Shown here piece by piece: positions 25,156 through 33,977 of a stretch of 64,000 nt of DNA. Position numbers and translations under genes: made by a program. Location of the stretch: the IMG/VR virus record IMGVR_UViG_3300022555_000046; one strand, 5' to 3'. The number at the start of each line of letters is the position of its first letter. The first letter of the stretch is position 1. The notes under the pieces are model-generated. The model had not been told where the DNA came from. It did not search any database and saw nothing but the letters and a program-made list of their open reading frames with translations. The DNA is from a virus.

Positions 25156-26342
25156 TCTCCCTCCGTGATTGTGGCAACAACATCCCCCATCTGCATTACC
25201 AGATGTTTCACCTTCTCGGTCTCGCCATCGACTCCTCCTTCTTTCGGAAGGTCCAGTTCGACCTCAAATCCAGCGTACTTCCCGTACAGGATTCTTTCCC
25301 CGGGGTTCACCCACATACTGATGAAAGAAGTTCCGGTATCCCTGCCGGGACCTACTGAAACAACGGTTCCACGTTGCGGTTTTTCCTGCGCCTGATCGGG
25401 GATGATGATCCCTCCTTTTGTGACTCTCTCGGCCTTGTCTGGGAGGACCAGAATGCGGTCCTGTTTTGGATTTAATACTTCGGGCATACCTGTAATTGTT
25501 AGTGAGATAAATGATGAATCGAATAATAAACAAAGTCCATCCTTTACGGAATTGACTATGGTAAATCCTTTTGGATTGTATTTAACACGTTCCCCAACCT
25601 TCACAAACGAATTTTCGCTTATAGCAACCACGGTTCCGGTTGTGGGAACTTCCCGGTGTTCGACAGGGATCAGGATTCCGTCAGCAGCAAATTGCTTGGC
25701 TGGATCAGGCTTGATCATAATCATATCGCCAACTGGCTTAATATGCTTGTTCTCAACAACCGCCTGAACCCATCTGCTTTGAACGACTATCCTGTTGCGC
25801 TCCAGACGGGTCATGGACGCATTCTTATGGAAGATAATGTTCTTTCCAGCGAACTCTCCTGCCGTGCAGTAGGCGATGTTTGTCATCTCAAGAGCGGTAG
25901 ACACCAGACACTTTGGGAGTTTACGAAGAGGTTCAACCTGATTATAGTCGTTCAACATTGTTATAACACCCTTCTTATCTTCCTTAAAGTAAATGAACTT
26001 CGGTTTTATAAACACCGAACACACCTTCTCTCCCGACTTTGTTACACCGAGAATAAAATTCCGGTCATCGGACTCAGATGCCTCATTAAACCACTTTCCG
26101 AGATTAATAACAACTCCGAAATACTCCATATGAACGATGTCTCCTTTGTTCACCCCGGGCATGCAGGAATGTACCACGGTTCCTTTTGTGGGAACCCAGT
26201 CAGCGGGATGGAGGGATGATTGGTTGGGGAGCAGGATTCCGCTTTTTGTCTCAGCACGAAACAGGCTGTCGGTCTTCTTGAGGCCAATTCCGTAAGCAGT
26301 GGACTTGGTCATTAACTTAATTAACATCCTGTCCGACTTCAT
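25152..26342 (-). CDS. groES: Tandem GroES (Cpn10)-like fusion protein
   Basis: C-terminal canonical GroES (PKQDRILV..TKGGIIIPD.A.EKPQRGTVVSVGPG..GERILYGKYAG) preceded by further GroES-like units. Confidence 0.8.
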   Translation of the reverse strand: MKSDRMLIKLMTKSTAYGIGLKKTDSLFRAETKSGILLPNQSSLHPADWVPTKGTVVHSCMPGVNKGDIVHMEYFGVVINLGKWFNEASESDDRNFILGVTKSGEKVCSVFIKPKFIYFKEDKKGVITMLNDYNQVEPLRKLPKCLVSTALEMTNIAYCTAGEFAGKNIIFHKNASMTRLERNRIVVQSRWVQAVVENKHIKPVGDMIMIKPDPAKQFAADGILIPVEHREVPTTGTVVAISENSFVKVGERVKYNPKGFTIVNSVKDGLCLLFDSSFISLTITGMPEVLNPKQDRILVLPDKAERVTKGGIIIPDQAQEKPQRGTVVSVGPGRDTGTSFISMWVNPGERILYGKYAGFEVELDLPKEGGVDGETEKVKHLVMQMGDVVATITEGE

Positions 26343-26476
26343 GCTTTCTGTTTTTTAAAGAATGAATCCATGATAACCTCCAGCATACTTGAGAAAGATC
26401 GCCTTTCTTTGTCTGCCTGTTTCTTTACCCTGTCACGAAGTTTTGGGTCTACCGTGGCTGTTATATTCACTTTCAT
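26339..26476 (-). CDS. Ribbon-helix-helix (CopG/Arc-like) regulator
   Basis: MKVNITATVDPKLRDRVKKQADKERRSFSSMLEVIM. Confidence 0.75.
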   Translation of the reverse strand: MKVNITATVDPKLRDRVKKQADKERRSFSSMLEVIMDSFFKKQKA

Positions 26477-26494
26477 AGTATAGTTATTGGTCTG

Positions 26495-26584
26495 CAAATA
26501 TATATCATAAAATAACATAATGCAAGTTTGTTGATAAAAAAATAATATTTTATTTGACAACGATATAAATTAGTGATACTTTTG
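26495..26584. promoter_or_regulatory. Divergent promoter pair
   Basis: Minus: TTGCAT-N17-TATATTTG (26525-26495); plus: TTGACA (26554)-N17-TACTTTTG (26577-26584). Confidence 0.7.
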
Positions 26585-26588
26585 CGCT

Positions 26589-26801
26589 ATGATTCTACAA
26601 CAGACATATATGAACAGGGAGTTGGTTAGGGTTAATAAGGCATTGAACAGGGCTACCAAGAGTGGCAACTGGGATAAATGCTTTGGCCTTTTAGCTACCA
26701 GACATAGTCTGATTGTCGAAGACAGAAAAAAGATTGTATATTTGCCTCAAAGGAGAGCAAGTGGAATTCACAGAAAAAGAACTGTCGAGACTGCCGTTTA
26801 A
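26589..26801 (+). CDS. Small hypothetical protein, probably leaderless
   Basis: ATG 5 nt after the -7 box; the 3' end overlapping the next gene is uncertain. Confidence 0.45.
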   Translation: MILQQTYMNRELVRVNKALNRATKSGNWDKCFGLLATRHSLIVEDRKKIVYLPQRRASGIHRKRTVETAV

Positions 26802-27399
26802 GGTTATCGGTGACATTGACTACTTCGCAGAGTACCCTTCGTTAAAGAACTATAAGGCTTTCAACGATGAGATTCTTGGAGGGCTGATGATTCCCTTCAA
26901 CAACCTGTTTCGGTATGTGGTTCTTCTTTACACCCCGAACACCCCCCTGATGAACATCACGGACCACAATAAGCGGAAGGCTGTGGCTCTCCAGATGTCC
27001 GATATTGATGGTGCCAAGAATATCGACCTTGTTTCTTGTAGGAATCCATTGTACAACATGATCATCATGGGGTATCTCAGGTTAATGAAGTCTCACCGAT
27101 GGGCTAAATTATGCGTGTTTACCGATGCCTATTATAATCAGTGTGCTAAACTTCAGGCTGGACTTATTGAGCCGGGAGAACGAACCAAGGAGTTAAAGGC
27201 CAATATAAACGATCTGGAGGCAGACATTGAGGTTATGACCAATGAGTTTGTTAACTTCGATAACTCTCCGAAGTTAAGGGACGCTGTGACTCAGGCCGTG
27301 GAGGACCAGCATAATGAGTTGCTCCCAGAAACAATAGCGTCACTCATATCGGAGGGGGATGATCCCACCCGGGAATGGTCTCCATATGCAAGTAGTTAA
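26761..27399 (+). CDS. Gene upstream of TerL, putative small terminase/packaging-associated
   Basis: Position overlapping the TerL start; GTG 26761 after AAGGAG; -7 box TATATTTG at 26737-26744. Confidence 0.55.
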   Translation: MEFTEKELSRLPFKVIGDIDYFAEYPSLKNYKAFNDEILGGLMIPFNNLFRYVVLLYTPNTPLMNITDHNKRKAVALQMSDIDGAKNIDLVSCRNPLYNMIIMGYLRLMKSHRWAKLCVFTDAYYNQCAKLQAGLIEPGERTKELKANINDLEADIEVMTNEFVNFDNSPKLRDAVTQAVEDQHNELLPETIASLISEGDDPTREWSPYASS

Positions 27400-29602
27400 A
27401 GATGTATTAAAGCAGTATCTCCCGGCAGATAAATTTCTTCGGGTAAACGACAGGGACCCAAACCTTGTCCCGATAGACATACCACTTCCGAAATGCCCAC
27501 CACTTCATCTTATTGACGGATATGGACTACCTGCAAAGGAGCAGAAGTTCAAGCGTGAACAGATGCCGATAAATCTGGCGAAGATCGTTAAGTACTGCGA
27601 TTCCGTTGACGACATCTGGACGAAGTTGTATGCCAGACAACGGGAGATGAAGTCTGAGATAGACTGGATAAAAAAGCAATGGTATTATCGCAGACACGGA
27701 TATTGGTTTTTTAACAACGGAAAACCAACCTATATAACTGGCACTCACCACTTCTATCTTCAGTGGTTTAAGATTGACGTTGGTTCCCCGAAGTACAGGG
27801 ATCGGTCCAGAAAGCACTTTCTGTGCATGGACTTCCTTCATAACTACACCTATGACTTTAAGGAGAAAATTTACGATGTAAAAGGCAATCGCCTTCCTAA
27901 TAAATTTGGTGACGAACTGGAAGACACCGGACACCGCACAATGTTTGGTCTTGTCTATCCAAAAATGAGAAGAGCGGGTGCGTCCTACGAGTCTTTGGCT
28001 TGGATGCTTAACCGGATCACCATGACCGAACGGGCGCACTCTGGTATTCAGGGACCGGATAAGACCCACGGATATCGGGCGTTCAAGAAACTGGTATTTG
28101 CTTGGAGGAAATTACCATTCTTCTTCCAACCGAAGTTCACCGGAGACAATGACCCTGAAGTAAAACTTAACTTCATTAACAAAACCACCGGGGACTTTAA
28201 TGCCACTCTTGGACTTGAGACCCAGTTGACTTTTGCAACCACGAACAATGGCCTTCATTACGACCAAGAGAAACTTCTTGACTACCTTCGGGAGGAACCC
28301 GGGAAGACAAAACTTGACAACATTTACTTCTCGTGGGATAAGATAAAGAATACGCTGGCTCAAGGGGACGGTGCTGAGATCGTTGGATTTGCCTTGTATC
28401 CATCAACTGCCGGGGAGATGGAGAAAGATGGCGGGGAGAATTATTTCTATATGTGCCGGGACTCCAATTACTACGAGCGGGTTCCTTCTGGGAGTACTAA
28501 AACTGGCATGGTTCTTATCTTCATCCCGGGAGATGAGGGGCTGGAGGGTTATATTGATGAATATGGAATGTCTGTTACTGACACTCCAACTGAGGAACAG
28601 GCGGCATTCATCAAGCGTAAAATCGGGGCAAGGGAACACATTCTGGGCGGCAGGTTGCATTATCTCCAGAGAATGACACCAGAGGGCAACGAAAAATATC
28701 TGGAGCATTGTAGGCTTTATCCTCTATCAATAAAAGACTGTTTTGCTACCTCTGGAGGTGGAATTGGGTTCAATGAAATAATCCTTGATAAGCGGATGGG
28801 TGAACTTCGATTCGACCAGACTGCTACCAGACGTGGAAATTTTGACTGGGAAGATGGAGTGTTTCTTGGTAAGGTGATCTGGAATGATGATCCGAACGGA
28901 AGGTGGACCGTCTCCAAGCTACTACCAGACGATAAAACGAATTTAAGATTCTGGGATGAGGCTCGTGGAAGTTGGATGCCTGTCAATCCCGGCTCTCACA
29001 TGCACTGTTCCGACCCCTTCAACTTTGACGAGACTGAAGGTAGTCGGCAGAGTATGGGAGGAGGAATTTGTATAGAACGGAGAAAGCATATTCAGGGAGA
29101 TAGTGTGCCTATACAGAAGTGGCTCACACCGGACGTTGTTTGCACTTATTCATTCCGACATGCTGATACCACTCTGTTCTGCGAGGATATGTTGATGCAG
29201 ACCCTTTATTACGGGGGGAGACATAATCCTGAGTCGAATAACGAGATGGTCAGGAAGTACTTCAAGAAACATAAGTGCAATGGATTCCTTTATTACTATA
29301 AAGACGAGGATGGTAAGTTTAATAAAACCGCTGGATATTCCCTTAATACAGATATGCAAACAAAAATCCTCGGAAGTTCAGTTGACTTTATTGAACGTCA
29401 TGGTCATCGTTGTAATCATCTGGAACTACTTGACCAGTGTAAGAATTTAAGGGGAAGGAAGGACATTACAAACAAAGACCTTGTTGCTGTTTTCGGAGGG
29501 GCTACCCACGCTATTCAGGAGGATTATCGGGTTGAGGAAGTTGCAGACGAAGAGGAGGATCAGTGGGACCTGAGTCCTTGGGTAAAAAAAAGGAGGGGTT
29601 GA
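27386..29602 (+). CDS. terL: Terminase large subunit (crAss-like)
   Basis: PKMRRAGAS Walker A variant, LREEPGK Walker B, PSTAG C-motif, nuclease CSDPF..E.N. Confidence 0.85.
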   Translation: MQVVKDVLKQYLPADKFLRVNDRDPNLVPIDIPLPKCPPLHLIDGYGLPAKEQKFKREQMPINLAKIVKYCDSVDDIWTKLYARQREMKSEIDWIKKQWYYRRHGYWFFNNGKPTYITGTHHFYLQWFKIDVGSPKYRDRSRKHFLCMDFLHNYTYDFKEKIYDVKGNRLPNKFGDELEDTGHRTMFGLVYPKMRRAGASYESLAWMLNRITMTERAHSGIQGPDKTHGYRAFKKLVFAWRKLPFFFQPKFTGDNDPEVKLNFINKTTGDFNATLGLETQLTFATTNNGLHYDQEKLLDYLREEPGKTKLDNIYFSWDKIKNTLAQGDGAEIVGFALYPSTAGEMEKDGGENYFYMCRDSNYYERVPSGSTKTGMVLIFIPGDEGLEGYIDEYGMSVTDTPTEEQAAFIKRKIGAREHILGGRLHYLQRMTPEGNEKYLEHCRLYPLSIKDCFATSGGGIGFNEIILDKRMGELRFDQTATRRGNFDWEDGVFLGKVIWNDDPNGRWTVSKLLPDDKTNLRFWDEARGSWMPVNPGSHMHCSDPFNFDETEGSRQSMGGGICIERRKHIQGDSVPIQKWLTPDVVCTYSFRHADTTLFCEDMLMQTLYYGGRHNPESNNEMVRKYFKKHKCNGFLYYYKDEDGKFNKTAGYSLNTDMQTKILGSSVDFIERHGHRCNHLELLDQCKNLRGRKDITNKDLVAVFGGATHAIQEDYRVEEVADEEEDQWDLSPWVKKRRG

Positions 29603-29630
29603 CAATGGGGGTTCAAAAATCATATATTTG
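29599..29630 (+). promoter_or_regulatory. Late promoter
   Basis: TTGACA-N18-TATATTTG. Confidence 0.7.
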
Positions 29631-29639
29631 CAAAAAAAC

Positions 29640-30242
29640 ATGAAACTACGAGCGGGAGTAGAACATTTTGTTTTTGAGATTCAACGTAGTCACTATGACA
29701 ATATTCCGACAGATGACATAAAGGAGTTTACTACGGACGGGACGATGTTTATCTTCAGGTTTGCAGCCCTTATGATAAAATTTGATTATTCTACCATAGA
29801 GCAGTATAATGGAGATTCTGTTATTCCATCTTTTCAGGAACTCGTCCCGATACTTCACGACATGATATACAAGGCAAAGAAACTGGACGCCCTTGATGAT
29901 GTGAAGGAGGCTCTTTATGGAATGGGAGATGGGGTGTCTACAATTGGTTATCAGGTTACGGCATCACCTGCATCGTTTAACGCTGTTCCCGCTGGATGGA
30001 GTCTTGTCAAGGTGATTGTTGTGAATAATGAGTTACATGATGTTTCCGTGTCACTCGGCACGACACTTGGCGGGACCGACCTTCTTGATGTAGAAACTGT
30101 TGCTGCCGGGGCAAGAACTACCGTTCGTTGTGGTAAGTTGTATTCGCTCACATCAAATACCTCCGTTTATTTTTCCACCCCAGACGTTGTGTTTGTTGGG
30201 TTAACCCTGATAGTTGAAACTAATAAAGAACAAACGACATGA
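29640..30242 (+). CDS. Putative virion-associated protein
   Basis: C-terminal beta-rich domain with LGTTLGGTDL; late region. Confidence 0.55.
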   Translation: MKLRAGVEHFVFEIQRSHYDNIPTDDIKEFTTDGTMFIFRFAALMIKFDYSTIEQYNGDSVIPSFQELVPILHDMIYKAKKLDALDDVKEALYGMGDGVSTIGYQVTASPASFNAVPAGWSLVKVIVVNNELHDVSVSLGTTLGGTDLLDVETVAAGARTTVRCGKLYSLTSNTSVYFSTPDVVFVGLTLIVETNKEQTT

Positions 30243-33200
30243 AAAAGCTGATGTTAATCATATTAATGATCCCGATCTTGGTTTACTCCCAGATAGAATC
30301 ACTTGAAAAGCTGACAGTAACCATTGTGAAGGTCCCGAACGCTGTGCCGCCAACAATTAAGACAAATTTGTTATATGCCTATGGAGGCCATCTTTATTGG
30401 AGCGGGGCGAGGATTGACAGTGTATCTTCTGGTGTTGCGCCTACTAATTTCTGGACCGAACAGGCAGGGGCAACGAATAACGCTTATTATAATCGCTCCG
30501 GTAATGTTGGAATCGGGAAGACAAATCCTACTGCGCTACTTGATGTTAATGGAGACGCTTTAATTAACGGGTTAGTCGCTGGAACTGGGGGAGGGTTTTT
30601 ATCACTAAGAAACACAGTCTTCGGGAACACATCCCCTCCATTTTCTGGCGCAGGAGACCAAGTATTAATTGGGTATAATGCAGGGAAGTCAATAGTGGGG
30701 GCACAGTCAAATGTTATAATCGGGTCTTTTGCCGGGGATAAGATTACAACCGCCAGCCAAAACACGATTATCGGATATGCCGCAGGAACCGAAAATGTGT
30801 CTGGGGGGCAAAATACAATTATGGGCAAAGATGCGGGGTTTTGGGTTACGGCAGACAATAACTCCTTCTTTGGCATGAGGGCTGGAATGAACACAACAAC
30901 AGGGTATTGTAATACAGCCGTTGGATCAGTAGCCATGAATAATAATGGCTCTGGGCATTCTAATGTTGCGATTGGAGCCTCTTCCCTTTTTAGTAATACA
31001 ACAGCAAGTAATCTTGTGTCAATAGGAGATAGTTCGCTTTTTCATAGTACTGGAGGAGGGAATACGGCTGTTGGAAGTAAGTCGGCTTGGGGGAACACGA
31101 CTGGGTGTTACAACACGGCAATAGGGCATCAGGCTATGTATAATGTTACCACTGGATATCAGAATACAGCACTCGGAGAAATAGCCTTGTACTATCTTAC
31201 ATCTGGGAAAAATAATGTGGCTGTTGGAATGGCGTCTGGGGGAGGAGGAATTGGAGACGCTAACACTTCTGTCGGGGCATCGTCTTTGTCTTCTGTTACA
31301 ACCGGAATGTCTAATGTCGCAATTGGTGCTTGCTCTCTAAAATCTAATCTAAGCACTTGCAATCTTGTTGCCGTTGGAGATAGTTCTTTGCGATCAAACA
31401 CAAGTGGGTATTATAATACGGCAATTGGGAGTAAGTCTTTGGAGTATAATACTTCTGGAATTTATAACACTGCTGTTGGCCAGAAGAGTTTGTATGCAAA
31501 TAGTATTGGGTCGTATAACACCGCTGTCGGAGTACAGGCGTTAGACGTAAACTCTGTCGGAAACTTTAACACTGCTATGGGGATGTATTCATTAACTGCA
31601 AATATAAGAGGAAGTGGGAATACGGCATATGGGTTTCATTCGTCATACGCAAACGAAACTGGATATAGCAATACGGCTGTCGGGTCGGCTGCGTTACATA
31701 ACAATACTGCGGGTCACAGTATAGTGGCTATTGGCGATAGTGCCCTTTTTTATAATTACGCCTCAAATAACGTAGCTGTTGGGTACAAGTCTGTATATAC
31801 AAACACTTTTGCATCGGGAATTACGGCTGTTGGATATTCGGCAGGATATTCTGCTACCGGACAGTATAATACATTTATTGGAGGGTATTCTGGGGTGAAC
31901 GCAGGTTCTGGAGAGAATAATACCTGTGTCGGATATTCATCTGCTGGATCGTCATCTTTGGGAGCCAGCAATACCTTTATTGGTGCGTTTTCAGGACAAT
32001 TAGCCGGGGGTGCCAATATGAATACCGCTGTCGGGTACTATGGGCAAAGTTCAAATACGACAGGGGCGTATAATGTTTCTCTTGGTGCTGGATGTTTTAA
32101 TCCCATATCAATTGGTGCCGGGAATTACACTGGAGACGGAGGTGTTGCTGTTGGGACAAATGCGCTGAGTTGCAAGTTAGACGGGGGACAAGATATTGCC
32201 ATCGGATATGGTGCAGGGTCAATATATACAGGATCGGCATCGAGACAACATGGAAGTCAATCTATTTTTATTGGGTATTTGACAGGGTCGTATGCGGCAA
32301 ATTGTACAAACGAGACTGTTATAGGGAATATATTATATGGTCACGGATCAAACACTGTTACCATCGGAAACTCTTCTATAACAGATACTTATTTATCTGG
32401 AAAGGTACGTACCGGATCGTTAATGGTTGGTCCGTATAATGTTTCCGTCACTGCCGATTGTAGTATTCCCCCGGCAAGTTCAATGGTGTATCCCGGTGTT
32501 GGAATACCTGTTTCAACAGGATCAGCGTGGGCGTCATCTATTACCGATAATTCCGCTAACTGGAATACCAGTTTCGGATGGGGAGACCATTCTACGTTTG
32601 GGTACTTGGTTGATCCAATGACCGCAACCGGAGATATTATATTTCGGAGCAACAGCGGGGTTGATGTTGCACTTCCTCACGGAAATGATAATAACATTCT
32701 TGTTACAAAAAAGCACACGGCAACACTCCCGGAAGTTGACTACTATGTTCCATCATGGGTTTCCCCTCCTTGGTTAAGTATGGGATACCTTACCACAGAG
32801 TCTGACCCGAGTGTTTACGCTTGGGCTAAAGCCGCAACAAAACCAGCATACACTTATACCGAGGTCGGAGCCGCTCCGTCCTCGCATGTTTCAAACACCT
32901 CAAATCCCCACTCTGTTACAAAGGCACAGGTTGGACTCGGTTCTGTTGAGAACACGGCCTTGAGTACATGGGCAGGAACATCAAGTGTTACAACACTTGG
33001 GGCGATTGTATCCTGTACTTCATTTGCAACATCTGGATCGGTCGGAATAGGAACAACCTCCCCAACGGGATTGATTAACGGAGTCTCAAGTTCTGCAAAT
33101 GCCATAAACTTCGATATGTATAGCAGCACCGCAACCGTAAAGTCAAATGTTGTTATGCGGAAGGCTCGTGGAACTCCCGCATCCCCCTCCAGAGTGAGTT

Positions 33201-33661
33201 CAGGGGACCAGCTTGGAGCCTTTACCTTCATCGGGGGATATGATGCGTCAGGGACCTTTACTTGGCCTTCTGGGGCACAGGCAGGTCTTTTCGCAAAGGC
33301 AGAAGAGGATTATGTTGGCTCTACAAATCTTGGCGCATACTTTACGATAGAGACAACAGGGGCTGGAAGTGGCAGCAGAACGGAAAAAATGAGAGTTACC
33401 GGAGGAGGGACCGTAGCCATTGGAACTACCGCCCCGTCAACAACCGAGATACTTGATGTAAACGGAAATCAAAGAATATCTGGGTATCAGAAAATTATAA
33501 AAGTGGCCGCTCATCCCACGATTGCGTCTGGGGAAACAGCAGTATACACCAAGGGAAATTATTACGTTGTTGCTTATAATGACGGAGGAACTATGAAGTA
33601 CAGGTATATGGATTTGACCAGTACGAACGCAACATGGACCTACAATACGGTGGCTCCATAA
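30239..33661 (+). CDS. Fibre/adhesin-like protein with NTAxG repeats and N-terminal signal peptide
   Basis: Many ~14-aa N[TV]AxG repeats; GNVGIG/GSVGIGT motifs; MKKLMLIILMIPILVYSQ N-terminus. Confidence 0.75.
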   Translation: MKKLMLIILMIPILVYSQIESLEKLTVTIVKVPNAVPPTIKTNLLYAYGGHLYWSGARIDSVSSGVAPTNFWTEQAGATNNAYYNRSGNVGIGKTNPTALLDVNGDALINGLVAGTGGGFLSLRNTVFGNTSPPFSGAGDQVLIGYNAGKSIVGAQSNVIIGSFAGDKITTASQNTIIGYAAGTENVSGGQNTIMGKDAGFWVTADNNSFFGMRAGMNTTTGYCNTAVGSVAMNNNGSGHSNVAIGASSLFSNTTASNLVSIGDSSLFHSTGGGNTAVGSKSAWGNTTGCYNTAIGHQAMYNVTTGYQNTALGEIALYYLTSGKNNVAVGMASGGGGIGDANTSVGASSLSSVTTGMSNVAIGACSLKSNLSTCNLVAVGDSSLRSNTSGYYNTAIGSKSLEYNTSGIYNTAVGQKSLYANSIGSYNTAVGVQALDVNSVGNFNTAMGMYSLTANIRGSGNTAYGFHSSYANETGYSNTAVGSAALHNNTAGHSIVAIGDSALFYNYASNNVAVGYKSVYTNTFASGITAVGYSAGYSATGQYNTFIGGYSGVNAGSGENNTCVGYSSAGSSSLGASNTFIGAFSGQLAGGANMNTAVGYYGQSSNTTGAYNVSLGAGCFNPISIGAGNYTGDGGVAVGTNALSCKLDGGQDIAIGYGAGSIYTGSASRQHGSQSIFIGYLTGSYAANCTNETVIGNILYGHGSNTVTIGNSSITDTYLSGKVRTGSLMVGPYNVSVTADCSIPPASSMVYPGVGIPVSTGSAWASSITDNSANWNTSFGWGDHSTFGYLVDPMTATGDIIFRSNSGVDVALPHGNDNNILVTKKHTATLPEVDYYVPSWVSPPWLSMGYLTTESDPSVYAWAKAATKPAYTYTEVGAAPSSHVSNTSNPHSVTKAQVGLGSVENTALSTWAGTSSVTTLGAIVSCTSFATSGSVGIGTTSPTGLINGVSSSANAINFDMYSSTATVKSNVVMRKARGTPASPSRVSSGDQLGAFTFIGGYDASGTFTWPSGAQAGLFAKAEEDYVGSTNLGAYFTIETTGAGSGSRTEKMRVTGGGTVAIGTTAPSTTEILDVNGNQRISGYQKIIKVAAHPTIASGETAVYTKGNYYVVAYNDGGTMKYRYMDLTSTNATWTYNTVAP

Positions 33662-33699
33662 CAGAAACAAATCCTAATCAAATAACCAAAACAATCAAG

Positions 33700-33774
33700 A
33701 TGAAAACAATAATTGCAACAATTATGCTGGTGATGCTTATACTCCCGGTATTCAGCAGCGATGAAAATAATTAA
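33700..33774 (+). CDS. 24-aa signal-peptide-only ORF
   Basis: MKTIIATIMLVMLILPVFSSDENN; A-rich leader. Confidence 0.45.
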   Translation: MKTIIATIMLVMLILPVFSSDENN

Positions 33775-33782
33775 AATTTATC

Positions 33783-33814
33783 TTGACAAGCCTATTTTGA
33801 ATTACGTTACTTTG
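33783..33814 (+). promoter_or_regulatory. Putative promoter
   Basis: TTGACA-N18-TTACTTTG (one mismatch to TAnnTTTG). Confidence 0.45.
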
Positions 33815-33841
33815 TATCGTTCTTCTTAGTTTTTCTCCTTC

Positions 33842-33878
33842 AGGGGGTGGTGGACCAAAAATCTACCACCCTTCTTTT
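33842..33878 (+). terminator. Intrinsic terminator
   Basis: GGGTGGTGGA-CCAAAAA-TCTACCACCC-TTCTTTT. Confidence 0.75.
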
Positions 33879-33897
33879 GTTAAATTAATTAACATAC

Positions 33898-33929
33898 TTG
33901 ACATTGGTAGTTTTTTATTTGTAGATTTG
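33898..33929 (+). promoter_or_regulatory. Portal promoter
   Basis: TTGACA-N18-TAGATTTG. Confidence 0.75.
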
Positions 33930-33977
33930 CAGTTAAAGTTTTACTTTAAGTGAAAAACAATCTAAGCAGATAAACAG

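Noticed and set aside
2913-28069. Long opposite-strand ORFs such as 2913-3593, 5329-5826, 6188-6745, 25656-26219, 27527-28069
   Set aside because: Antisense to well-supported genes; no motifs or start signals.
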